Positions 1-9,380 of a DNA stretch of 64,000 bases are shown one piece after another. The DNA comes from an uncultured Methanomassiliicoccales archaeon. GTDB taxonomy: Archaea > Thermoplasmatota > Thermoplasmata > Methanomassiliicoccales > UBA472. The DNA lies in assembly GCA_963695345.1 (NCBI GenBank), contig OY968769.1, forward strand, positions 672,001-736,000, read 5' to 3'. Each line of letters begins with the position of its first letter. Within the stretch, counting starts at the first letter, position 1. The translations under genes and the position numbers were made by a program. The notes under the pieces were generated by a model. It was not told the origin of the DNA. It did not search any database and worked only from the letters and a program-made list of their open reading frames with translations.

Positions 1-53
1 GAGGAATCGCCGGCCGATGACCAGAACCAATCCGACTCACAGGAGGCCTGAGA

Positions 54-828
54 ATGGCACGCTCGGTTGTATCTGAGATCAAGAGGGACCACATCCACAA
101 GCTCATCGCCAAGGGGAAGAGGGTGGATGGAAGGGCCTGGGACGAGTACCGGCAGATCTCCATCGAGACGAACTACATCGAGACGGCAGAAGGTTCGGCC
201 CGGGTCAAGATGGGCAACACCGATGTGCTGGTCGGGGTCAAGATGCAGGTCGGATCGCCGTTCGGGGACACTCCGGACAAGGGTGTTCTCTCCACCAACG
301 CGGAGCTCATCCCGATGGGATCGCCCAACTTCGAGGCCGGTCCGCCAGACGAGAACTCGATCGAGCTGGCCAGGGTCGTTGACCGTGGCATCCGGGAATC
401 GGGAATGATCGACCTGGAGAGGCTGTGCATCGAGAAGGGCAAGGAAGTGCTGGATCAACTTCATCGACATCTACGTCCTGGACTTCGATGGGAACCTGTT
501 CGACGCGGCGTTCCTGGGCGCGGTCGCGGCGCTGAAGACATGCAAGGTCCCGGCCCAGGAGAACGGAAAGGGCGAGGACTTCATGATGCCGATAAGAAAA
601 ACGCCCATATCCTGTACGGCCGTACAGATAGAAAACGTTATATTGTTCGATCCGACTCTCGACGAAGAAAAAGTGGCATCGGCTAGATTGACGGTGACCA
701 CCGACGAGAACGGTGACCTCAGGGCCATGCAGAAAGGCCTGCGCGGCGCCTTTACAATGGATCAGGTCAAGAACATAATCGAGACCTCCCAGAGACTAGG
801 CAATGAGCTGAGAAAGCTGGTAGGGTGA
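54..828 (+). CDS. rrp42: Exosome complex component Rrp42 (RNase PH family), apparent frameshift near 450
   Basis: N-part GKRVDGRAWDEYR..AEGSARVKMGNT..ELARVVDRGIRESG; after ~450 another frame reads WINFIDIYVLDFDGNLFDA..DPTLDEE..MQKG to stop at 828. Confidence 0.92.
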
Positions 829-833
829 AATCG

Positions 834-1118
834 ATGGCAAAGAGAACAGAGAAAGCGGGAACCGCCGGAAGGTACGGAGCAAGATGCGGTGTCGTCACGA
901 GGAAGGCGACCAGGGACATTGAGGCAATCGAGCGATCGAAGTCCGAGTGCCCCACATGCCACCATATGAATGTCAAGCGTGTATCCACCGGGATCTGGCA
1001 ATGCCGGCACTGCGAAGCCAAGTTCGCCGCCGCCAGCTACACGCCGACCATCAAGAAGATCACCTCCAAGGAGGTGCTGGCCCAGAAGGCACAGCTCGGA
1101 GGCGAGAAGCACGTATAA
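834..1118 (+). CDS. rpl37ae: 50S ribosomal protein L37Ae
   Basis: AGRYGARCG, CPTC..VKRVSTGIWQCRHC zinc ribbon; conserved position after rrp42. Confidence 0.95.
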   Translation: MAKRTEKAGTAGRYGARCGVVTRKATRDIEAIERSKSECPTCHHMNVKRVSTGIWQCRHCEAKFAAASYTPTIKKITSKEVLAQKAQLGGEKHV

Positions 1119-1245
1119 GTGCGGCAACTGCGAAAGGCCCATCCGATCCAACGTTAACGCGGTCGGCATGCAGTGCGAGAATTGCGGTTCCAAGATCTTC
1201 TACAAGGAACGCCCGAACGTCAAGAAGGTCATAAAGGGAAGATGA
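1111..1245 (+). CDS. rpoP: RNA polymerase subunit P (Rpo12); start codon uncertain, apparent ACG
   Basis: YKCGNC..MQCENCGSKIFYKERP motif; conserved synteny rpl37ae-rpoP-pcc1. Confidence 0.9.
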   Translation, partial: TYKCGNCERPIRSNVNAVGMQCENCGSKIFYKERPNVKKVIKGR

Positions 1246-1484
1246 GCGGTATGCTCCGGGCCACCCTGAAGGTCCGCACCAACCACGCCAATACGATCCT
1301 GGCATCGATCTCGCCCGAGGCGGGGAGGGAGATACCCAGGACCAAGGTCGTGGCCCAGGCGGGACCGGACCAGGTGGTCTTGAAAGTGGAAGCGACCGAC
1401 TTGGCCGCCATGAGGGCGGCGCTCAACTCCTACCTCCGATGGATGCAGATCGCGGAGGAGATGAGCATAACATCAGGTGAGTGA
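1242..1484 (+). CDS. pcc1: KEOPS complex subunit Pcc1
   Basis: ~80 aa with EATDLAAMRAALNSYLRWM motif; ATGA overlap with rpoP stop. Confidence 0.88.
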   Translation: MSGMLRATLKVRTNHANTILASISPEAGREIPRTKVVAQAGPDQVVLKVEATDLAAMRAALNSYLRWMQIAEEMSITSGE

Positions 1485-1863
1485 AATGGACGATATCAGC
1501 CCCAAACTCCAGAACCAGATTGCACAATTCCAACAGGTGCAGCAGCAGCTCCAACAGATCCTGAACCAGAAGTTCAGGATGGAATCCCAGCTCAAGGAAA
1601 TGGACCTTACCATTGAAGAGCTCAAGAAGACTCCGGCTGACAGCCCTGTCTACAAGAATGCCGGCGCGCTCATGATCAAGGTATCGGACCGCGAGTCCCT
1701 GCTGAGGGAGATCGAGGATGACAAAGAGACCTCGGAGGTACGTGTCAAATCGCTCGACCGGCAGGAAAAGATGCTCCGTGAAAAGTACCAGCTGATGCAG
1801 GACCAGATATCCAAGGCCATCGGCAGCGGCGCTCGTCCGTCCGAAAGCTCGGATGACAACTGA
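1477..1863 (+). CDS. pfdB: Prefoldin beta subunit
   Basis: Gln-rich coiled coil, VYKNAGALMIK beta-hairpin, second coiled coil. Confidence 0.93.
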   Translation: MSEMDDISPKLQNQIAQFQQVQQQLQQILNQKFRMESQLKEMDLTIEELKKTPADSPVYKNAGALMIKVSDRESLLREIEDDKETSEVRVKSLDRQEKMLREKYQLMQDQISKAIGSGARPSESSDDN

Positions 1864-1979
1864 AACCATACATTTCGGGGACCTGGTCCCCTTAATTATC
1901 ATCTCTTTTTTATTCGTCCGATCCGTCTTCTCAGTCAAGTTCGAAAAATGCTAATATGCACCGACCATACCATCTGCCC

Positions 1980-2948
1980 ATGCTAGCGACGATCGCAGAG
2001 AGGCTCAAGCAGGGGAGGAAGGTCATCCTGCTTCATGGCAATGCCGACCCGGACGCATTGGGCTGCGGCTACGCGATCGCCCGCGCGTTCCCCGCGGCCG
2101 ACATATGCGCCCCGGGGGGACTGGACAAGATCTCCAAGGTGATAGCCGCGAAGCTCAGCCTCAAGGTCCTCGACCAGGTCGATCTGGCAGATTACGATCA
2201 GGTGGTCGTGGTGGACACCTCCTCGCCGGACCAGCTCGGTGAGTTCTCAGCCGTGCCTGCCGGTACGATCGTCATCGACCACCATTCCCGTTCCGACCGT
2301 TGGGGCGACCGGACCTATTATTGCGATGATTCTAAAAGGAGCTGCGCTGAGATCATCTACCAGCTGTTGAAAGTTGCCGGCACAAAGATCGAGCGGGATG
2401 TGGGACTGGCGCTGCTGGCCGGGATGTTGACCGACAGCGGGCACTTCCGATACTCCAACCCCGCCATCCTGCACGCCTTCGCCGATCTGATGAACGAGGC
2501 CGGATTGGAGATCGACGAGGTCATGTCGATGACCGACCTAGAGCCCGATGTGTCCGAGAGGATCTCCCAGCTCAAGGGAGCGCAGCGCATTCGCTTCGAC
2601 CGGGTGGGGGACCGCATCGTCGCCATATCGGTGGGGAGCGCCTATGAGAGCTCGGTCTGCAAGGGCATGCTGGCCATCGGGGCGGATGTGGCTTTCGTGG
2701 GTTCACAGAGGGACCAGAATTTCCGACTGTCGGCCCGGGCCAGACCAGAGATGGTGCGCATGGGTTTCCATCTGGGCAGATTGCTGGAGGATGTCGGCGT
2801 CGAGACGGCCAACGATGGCGGCGGTCACGGCGGGGCCGCCGGCCTGGTGGGGGTCGGGGATGTAGAGGCGATCCTGAACATCTGCATGCAGCGGACGATG
2901 GACTTTTTGAGAGAGAAGAAACGGGGCAGGGAAAACCTGTCCCCTTAG
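1980..2948 (+). CDS. DHH family phosphoesterase (DHH + DHHA1)
   Basis: HGNADPDA, VDTS, IDHH, TDSGHF and GGGHGGAAG motifs. Confidence 0.9.
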   Translation: MLATIAERLKQGRKVILLHGNADPDALGCGYAIARAFPAADICAPGGLDKISKVIAAKLSLKVLDQVDLADYDQVVVVDTSSPDQLGEFSAVPAGTIVIDHHSRSDRWGDRTYYCDDSKRSCAEIIYQLLKVAGTKIERDVGLALLAGMLTDSGHFRYSNPAILHAFADLMNEAGLEIDEVMSMTDLEPDVSERISQLKGAQRIRFDRVGDRIVAISVGSAYESSVCKGMLAIGADVAFVGSQRDQNFRLSARARPEMVRMGFHLGRLLEDVGVETANDGGGHGGAAGLVGVGDVEAILNICMQRTMDFLREKKRGRENLSP

Positions 2949-2964
2949 TCCGTGATGGTGCCGC

Positions 2965-4023
2965 TCACCGCATGGACTTGACGTTGCCCACGATGTCCCT
3001 GATCCGCTCGAGAGTCTCCGGCTTCTTGATGAAATACTCCCGGGTCGGGGCCAGTATGCCCGCCAACGTTTCGGCGACCGCGTTCTTCAGGTCCATGGCG
3101 TGCAGCTTCCCGGTCAGGTAGGCCTCCTCCAGATTTGCGTATGAATCGAAGGTGACGTTCCCGCCGAACTTCTCCGGCCGTTTGATATCGATCCTGTCCA
3201 CGCGCTCGAAGATCACGATCCTGGCAATGGCCAGGACCGGATTGCCCTCGGCCTCGGGAGGACAGAACGCCTTTCCGATCTTCCGCTTGATGTCCTCGGG
3301 CAGATCATGGATCAGTATGCCGCTGTCCGGGTCGCTCTTGGACATCTTAGAGGCGAGCGGGTCCATGCGGTTGCCGCCCTTCAGGCCGGGCAGCAGAGGC
3401 GTGTGGACCGCCACTGGTTTCACCATACCCATCTTTTCCGCCCCTTCCCGGGCCAGCATGTGCACCTTGCGCTGGTCCATGCCGGCGTAGGCCACGTCGA
3501 CCTTGAGCATGAATATGTCCGTCGCCTGCAGGAGCGGGTAGATGAACTTGGAGGAATCCAGCTCCGCCTCTTCCTCGGTCCTTCCCATGATGGACAGGGC
3601 CCTCTTGACCCGGGACAAGGAAGCGCTCTTGCCCGTCTTGATCACCACCTCCCAGTAGTCGATATCATCCATGATGTCCGAGGCCAGCACGAATTTTACC
3701 TTGTCCCTCGGCAAGCCCAATGCCTCGAAGCAATCCTTCATGTACTCCGCGCAGTCCCTTATGTTCTGGATGTTTCCGCCGAGCTTGTCATTGATGTAGG
3801 CGTGCCAATCGGCGAAGAAGATGATGAACTCGAACCCGGCGTCGACGAAGTTCTTGACCTTCTGGGTTACGACCATCCAGCCAATATGCACCAAGCCGGA
3901 AGGCTCGAAGCCGACATAGCCCCGGGGAGCGTCCTTGGTGGCGAGCAGGGCCATTAGCTCCTCCGCCGTGATGATCTCCTCGGTGTTCCTGGCGATCAGC
4001 TTGAAACGCTCCTCTGGTTCCAT
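2965..4023 (-). CDS. tyrS: Tyrosine--tRNA ligase
   Basis: YVGFEPSGLVHIG, YPLLQATD, GMDQRK, KMSKS. Confidence 0.96.
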   Translation of the reverse strand: MEPEERFKLIARNTEEIITAEELMALLATKDAPRGYVGFEPSGLVHIGWMVVTQKVKNFVDAGFEFIIFFADWHAYINDKLGGNIQNIRDCAEYMKDCFEALGLPRDKVKFVLASDIMDDIDYWEVVIKTGKSASLSRVKRALSIMGRTEEEAELDSSKFIYPLLQATDIFMLKVDVAYAGMDQRKVHMLAREGAEKMGMVKPVAVHTPLLPGLKGGNRMDPLASKMSKSDPDSGILIHDLPEDIKRKIGKAFCPPEAEGNPVLAIARIVIFERVDRIDIKRPEKFGGNVTFDSYANLEEAYLTGKLHAMDLKNAVAETLAGILAPTREYFIKKPETLERIRDIVGNVKSMR

Positions 4024-4380
4024 GTTATCACGGCCAAATCGGCGGACGATTATTAAGCATTATTTGGCGCTGATGATGAAAAGGAATGACGCGGGAGCGG
4101 TCCTGCGCCGTTTGCCCGGTGTTAATGATAGTAAGGAGCGCCGGGGCTGACCATTGATTCGCATATGAATCAAGCCGGCCAAGCCGCGTTCCATTTCGGT
4201 TGAGATCGAACACGATGATGAGCCAGATTCAATCTGTGAAGTGTTTTCGGATTAATAAGATTCATCTGACGAGACAATCAGGTATTTCCGAGATATTTGT
4301 CGCGTTTCAAAGACTTTAATTATTAGTTTGTCTATAGACTGCCGCCTTGATAGCCAAGAGCATGGACAACTGAGGAACAA

Positions 4381-4481
4381 GACCTCCAAAAAAAGGGGGT
4401 TCCGATCATTGTTCCAGCTCCGGGGCAATTGACAATGATGGCCTGGAAGGTTGCGGAACTAGTTCGGCACCACGTCAGGCC
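4381..4481 (+). promoter_or_regulatory. Structured 5' leader of glnA (three adjacent hairpins)
   Basis: GACCTCC/GGGGGTT (4381-4401), ATCATTGT/ACAATGAT (4405-4439), GGCCTG/CAGGCC (4440-4481); TATA-like TTTAATTA near 4315. Confidence 0.5.
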
Positions 4482-4537
4482 GCGCACATCTTCGGACCCA
4501 AAGGAAAAGGCAATCAGTTGGAAGGGTGAGGTAACAA

Positions 4538-5986
4538 ATGTCGCCAGCAGTGAAGAAAGAAAAGGTGAAAACGGGCAAGAAGGAAGAAGCATTAGAGATG
4601 GCCCAGTCCGGAAAGGTGAAGATGGTCGATTTCAAGTTCGTCGACCTGCCGGGCATGTGGCAACATGTTTCTATCCCTGCGAACCAATTGAAGGGCCAGT
4701 TCGAAGAGGGACACGGCTTCGACGCATCGAGCATCCGTGGCTTCGCACACATACATGAGAGCGATATGCTGCTCATGCCGGACGCCGAGACCGCGGTCAT
4801 GGACCCGGCATGCAAGATCCCAACGTTGAGCATCATTTGTAATGTGCAGGAGCCGATCTCTGGGGAAAGGTACAGGCGTGACCCGAGGCACATCGCTCAG
4901 AAGGCAGAGGCCTTCGTCAAGTCGTCCGGCATCGCCGACGCCGCCTACTTTGGCCCAGAACTCGAGTTCTTCGTCTTCGACTCGGTTTCGTTCGACCAGA
5001 ACCAGCACTCCGGATACTACTTCGTTGATTCCGAGGAAGGCATCTGGAACTCGGGAAGGAACGACACGCCGAACATGGGTCACCGCCCGAGGAACAAGGA
5101 AGGCTACTTCCCAGTCCCGCCGACCGACTCGCTGCAGGACCTGAGGTCCGAGATGGTCCTCAAGCTCATGGAGACCGGCATCGAGTGCGAGATCCACCAC
5201 CACGAGGTCGCCACCGCCGGACAGGGCGAGATAGGGATGAGGTTCAGCACCCTGACCACCATGGCTGACAAGGTCATGATGTACAAGTACGTCCTGAAGA
5301 ACGTCGCCCACGAGCACGGGAAGACCGTTACCTTCATGCCCAAGCCGCTCTACGGAGACAACGGTACCGGCATGCACGTGCACCAGTCCCTGGGCAAGAA
5401 GGGAGAGAACCTGTTCTACGACGCCAAGGGATACGCCCAGCTGTCACAGACCGCGATGTACTACATCGGCGGACTGCTGGCCCACTCATCGGCATTGCTG
5501 GCACTGACATCCCCGTCGACCAACTCGTACCGCCGGCTGGTTCCGGGATACGAGGCGCCGGTCAACCTGGTGTACTCGGCAAGGAACAGGAGCGCGGCCA
5601 TACGCGTACCTGTCTGTCAGAAGTCGCCAAAGGCCAAGAGGATCGAGTACCGGCCTCCAGACGCCACCTGCAACCCGTACCTGGCGTTCTCCGCCATGCT
5701 CATGGCCGGACTGGATGGTATCAAGAGGAAGATCGACCCGGGCGAGCCGCACGACATGGACCTGTTCGAGCTTTCCAAGGAGGAGTCGAAGAACATCAAG
5801 ACCGTCCCGGGCAGCCTGGAGCAGGCCTTGAACAACCTCGAGGCGGACCACGACTTCCTGCTGCGCGGGGACGTGTTCACCAAGGACATGGTAGAGACCT
5901 GGCTCGATTACAAGAGGACCAAGGAGAACGACGCCATCCGCCTCAGGCCGCACCCGTACGAGTACTTCCTGTATTACGACTGTTAG
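4538..5986 (+). CDS. glnA: Glutamine synthetase type I (GSI-beta-like)
   Basis: FDASSIRGF, GPELEFF, HHHEVA, TFMPKP, NGTGMHVH, RLVPGYEAP, NRSAAIR, RIEYR; SD-like GGTGAGGT upstream. Confidence 0.97.
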   Translation: MSPAVKKEKVKTGKKEEALEMAQSGKVKMVDFKFVDLPGMWQHVSIPANQLKGQFEEGHGFDASSIRGFAHIHESDMLLMPDAETAVMDPACKIPTLSIICNVQEPISGERYRRDPRHIAQKAEAFVKSSGIADAAYFGPELEFFVFDSVSFDQNQHSGYYFVDSEEGIWNSGRNDTPNMGHRPRNKEGYFPVPPTDSLQDLRSEMVLKLMETGIECEIHHHEVATAGQGEIGMRFSTLTTMADKVMMYKYVLKNVAHEHGKTVTFMPKPLYGDNGTGMHVHQSLGKKGENLFYDAKGYAQLSQTAMYYIGGLLAHSSALLALTSPSTNSYRRLVPGYEAPVNLVYSARNRSAAIRVPVCQKSPKAKRIEYRPPDATCNPYLAFSAMLMAGLDGIKRKIDPGEPHDMDLFELSKEESKNIKTVPGSLEQALNNLEADHDFLLRGDVFTKDMVETWLDYKRTKENDAIRLRPHPYEYFLYYDC

Positions 5987-6008
5987 AGTCGTGGCTATAA
6001 GGAACGAA

Positions 6009-6042
6009 ACCTCTTCCTTTTTCACTTTTTCTTTCGTTTTCC
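6009..6042 (+). terminator. U-rich archaeal terminator after glnA
   Basis: cttcctttttcactttttctttcgttttcc just downstream of the stop. Confidence 0.55.
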
Positions 6043-6116
6043 TGATTTCATCGAAAACATAATACCGCTATCGGCGATACACCCCTAGTTTGACCGATCT
6101 GGTCGGGTGGGCTTGA

Positions 6117-6776
6117 ATGGTAACGAATGGAATTCCCGAGATCCGCAAGCATGCGCTGGAATACCTTGCCGCCACGATCATTTGCCTGGCGGTCGCCCTG
6201 TTCATCGCCCTGACCTCACCCCAACCCAATCTGAGATTGCTTCTGGTGGCACTTTCCTACCCTTTGCTGGGAGGATTGATCAAGTACGGCGACCAGTCAT
6301 ATGATTCGGGAAGGTTCAGCAAGCGCATCTCGCTTATACTGGCCTTGCCCGGCGGCCTGCTCATGGGCTCCTTGATAATCGGGGACCGCAGCTCGGCGAC
6401 CATCTTCATCGGCATGCTCTTGGCCTTGCTCCTAACGGCGAAATACGACAACCTGGCATTCCAGCTGGGATTCGCGGTCACCGCGGTCTTCGCCCTGTTC
6501 TCGTTCCTCAATTTCCCGAATAACCTCGACCTGTTCGGGACCGGTTTGATCTTCCTAAGCGCCGTCGTCGATGAGGTGGCCAGCGACCAGGCCGATAAAC
6601 GCAGCACGGGCTTCGGTTTCTGGCAGGTCATGAAGGAGAGGCCGTTCATGAAGGTGGTGGTTTTCTTCCTCTGCGTTGTGGGGACCATCAGCTCCTTCTG
6701 CTATCTCTTTGCGTTCCTGGCCCTGGACATGGCGTATTCGTTCGTGGAAAGGATCCCCATGCGGAGTGAGACCTGA
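6117..6776 (+). CDS. Multi-pass membrane protein of unknown function
   Basis: 6-7 hydrophobic segments; TGATG overlap with next gene. Confidence 0.75.
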   Translation: MVTNGIPEIRKHALEYLAATIICLAVALFIALTSPQPNLRLLLVALSYPLLGGLIKYGDQSYDSGRFSKRISLILALPGGLLMGSLIIGDRSSATIFIGMLLALLLTAKYDNLAFQLGFAVTAVFALFSFLNFPNNLDLFGTGLIFLSAVVDEVASDQADKRSTGFGFWQVMKERPFMKVVVFFLCVVGTISSFCYLFAFLALDMAYSFVERIPMRSET

Positions 6777-7837
6777 TGGAGGAGTACCACACGGTCATCG
6801 TCGGGGCAGGCCCGGCCGGCTCATCGGTCGCCGCGACACTCCGTCCATTACTGGGAAAGGACCATCAGATCCTGATGCTGGAGCGCCTCCCGGACAGCAA
6901 GTTCGTCAAGTATCACCGCATGTGCGGCGAGGTCATCAGCCATGCCTGCCTCAAGGAGGCGGGGTGCCTGGACCGCAGGTCGATCGTCGACGATATCACC
7001 AGGGCGGTGGACCATTGGCCCCAGGGCCACGTCATCGAGACCCGGCTAAGAGGATACGTCATCGACCGGTCGCTGCTCCTCAAGGGAATGAGGAGGAGGT
7101 TCGAGGACCACGGGGGAATCGTTTCCCGTGACACTGTCGAATCGATAAGGAAGGAGGGCGAGGAGTTCGTCCTGGGAACGTCATCGGGCCAGAAACTGAA
7201 ATGCAAGTACCTGGTGGGGGCCGACGGAGCCCAATCCACGGTCCGGGACGAACTTTTCAGGGACGCGGAGGTCACCAAGATATGGGCCGTCCAAGCGGTG
7301 CTGGATGAAAGGCCGGAGAAAGGTACGCTCCATTTCCACTACGACCATCGCTACCGGGGAGGCTACCGCTGGACCTTCCCCAACGGCAGCATCACTCGCG
7401 TCGGTTTCCCCCGGGGGACCGATGTTATCCCGGACAATGCCGTGGAGGTGCACCAGCGCGCCGTACCATTCGGTAGTCTTGACAAGATCGTGTGCGGGAA
7501 CGCCTGCATTGTCGGCGACGCGGCGGCCATGGTCAATCCTGTTTCGTTCGGCGGCATCAGGACCGCGTTAGTGTCCGGCAGGATGGCCGCGATGGCGATC
7601 GCCAAAAAGGACCTGGGGCAGTATCAGACGTCCTGGAGACGTTCCCCGTTCTCCGACCCGATATACATTTCTGGCTACCAGACCCTGGCGGCGATGTCCA
7701 ACGAGGAGATGGCCAGGTCGATGCGGCCGTATAAGGGAAAGCCCACGGCATTCAATCATGCCAAGGTGATGCTCAGGTATCCCGAGTTCCGGGCGTTGTA
7801 CCGTTCGAACAGCCTTTCCCTGCGCTACGGGTGGTAA
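6776..7837 (+). CDS. Geranylgeranyl reductase-family FAD-dependent oxidoreductase
   Basis: GAGPAG, CGE, GADG, GYRWTFP, GDAA, GGI motifs. Confidence 0.85.
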   Translation: MEEYHTVIVGAGPAGSSVAATLRPLLGKDHQILMLERLPDSKFVKYHRMCGEVISHACLKEAGCLDRRSIVDDITRAVDHWPQGHVIETRLRGYVIDRSLLLKGMRRRFEDHGGIVSRDTVESIRKEGEEFVLGTSSGQKLKCKYLVGADGAQSTVRDELFRDAEVTKIWAVQAVLDERPEKGTLHFHYDHRYRGGYRWTFPNGSITRVGFPRGTDVIPDNAVEVHQRAVPFGSLDKIVCGNACIVGDAAAMVNPVSFGGIRTALVSGRMAAMAIAKKDLGQYQTSWRRSPFSDPIYISGYQTLAAMSNEEMARSMRPYKGKPTAFNHAKVMLRYPEFRALYRSNSLSLRYGW

Positions 7838-7969
7838 GGCGTCCAGCCGGATCGAAGTTCTGAGGCCTGTTCTGACCGGCCGCAGCGTGGGAAGGATATC
7901 CAATTGAGGGGAACCGGGCATCCGGTATAGATTCAGGTGCCGTTCCGGTGTCTCGACGGGAGACCCCAT

Positions 7970-9325
7970 TCAGTTCCCTGTAAGCTTCTTCATGAGCATC
8001 TCGGCGGCTTCGTTGACGACGTCCTTGACCATCGAGGTGGGCGGACAGTACGCGTTCTCGAACGCGCTGACGAACTCCTCCGCGGTGACCCCCTTATAGA
8101 TAGCGGCGGTCAACCAGTTGATGCGTCCGGTGACCTCCTCGCCGCCCACCATCTGCGCTCCGATGATGTGATGGCTTTCCTTGTCCGCGAGCAGCTTGAC
8201 CACCAACATCTTTCCGCCGGGATAGTAACGGGCCCGGGTGGAGCCTTCCGCCACCGCCTCGACCACGTTCAGACCGTAGTAGTCGGCAAGACCTTTCGAG
8301 AGACCGGTCCCGCCTACCTGGATATCACCGATGACGCTGATGAACGGTGACAGGACCCCGGGCATGATGGCGTAGCCTCCGGCGGCGTTGATCCCCGCCA
8401 CCCTTCCCTGACGGACTGCCGCCGATCCCAGCTGGTTCATCGTGGGCCCAGGAGCGGCGGCGCTCTCACATTGCACCACATCCCCGGCGAGGAAGACGTC
8501 CTTGACCAGCCTTCCCTTCTTGTACGGCTGCATCGTCGGGCTCACCCGGACGGCGCCCAGCGGTCCGATCTCCAGGCCCATCATGTTCGGGAGTTCCAGG
8601 TTTGCCCTAACCCCGGTGGCCATTATGACCATCTGGCATGGCAGCTCGAGGTTGCCGACGACGACTCTCTCGACCTTGCCGTCACCCTTGATGGCGCCCA
8701 TCGGCGCGCCCATGACGAAGATGATGCCGAGCGACTCGCAGTGTCTCTGGACCAGCCTGGCCATGTCGGAGTCCATGATCCGGGGGACGACCTGATTGAA
8801 CATCTCGACCACCGCCACGTCCTTGCCCAGGCGCTTGAGCGCCACCGCCATCTCCAGACCGATGACCCCGGCACCGGCGACCACGACCGAGCGCACGCCG
8901 CTAAGCGCGTTCTTGATCGCCATCCCGTCCGCGATGTTCCGAACCGGGAAGACGCCGGGAAGTCTCACTCCCTCCACGGGAGGCAGGAATACCGTGCCGC
9001 CAACGCTGAGCACCAACGAATCGTAGGGATGCGTGGTGCCGTCGGCCGAGGTGACCGTCTTCTTATCCATGTCGACGGCGGTGACCTTGGTCCTGGTCAG
9101 GACCCGGATGTTCCTTTCCTTGGCATAGAACTCCGGGGTGTGCATGACGATAGATCCGAAGTCCTCGATCTTGCCCTCAATGACGAATGGAATGGCGCAG
9201 GGAGAATAGGATATGTGCTCCTCCTCGGTGAAAACTGTTATCTCTGCATCCCCAGCGCTGCGTGCGGCGGACGCCGCTTTCATGCCGGCGGCCCCCGATC
9301 CGATGACGATGACCCTCTTTGCCAT
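7970..9325 (-). CDS. NADH oxidase / CoA-disulfide reductase-family flavoprotein
   Basis: GSGAAG, SYSPCAIP redox Cys, GAGVIGLE, AYCPP. Confidence 0.88.
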   Translation of the reverse strand: MAKRVIVIGSGAAGMKAASAARSAGDAEITVFTEEEHISYSPCAIPFVIEGKIEDFGSIVMHTPEFYAKERNIRVLTRTKVTAVDMDKKTVTSADGTTHPYDSLVLSVGGTVFLPPVEGVRLPGVFPVRNIADGMAIKNALSGVRSVVVAGAGVIGLEMAVALKRLGKDVAVVEMFNQVVPRIMDSDMARLVQRHCESLGIIFVMGAPMGAIKGDGKVERVVVGNLELPCQMVIMATGVRANLELPNMMGLEIGPLGAVRVSPTMQPYKKGRLVKDVFLAGDVVQCESAAAPGPTMNQLGSAAVRQGRVAGINAAGGYAIMPGVLSPFISVIGDIQVGGTGLSKGLADYYGLNVVEAVAEGSTRARYYPGGKMLVVKLLADKESHHIIGAQMVGGEEVTGRINWLTAAIYKGVTAEEFVSAFENAYCPPTSMVKDVVNEAAEMLMKKLTGN

Positions 9326-9380
9326 GTCGTTCCTCAGGCTGGCTAATCCGAAGGCAGGCATATTAAGTCTTCTAGTCGGG

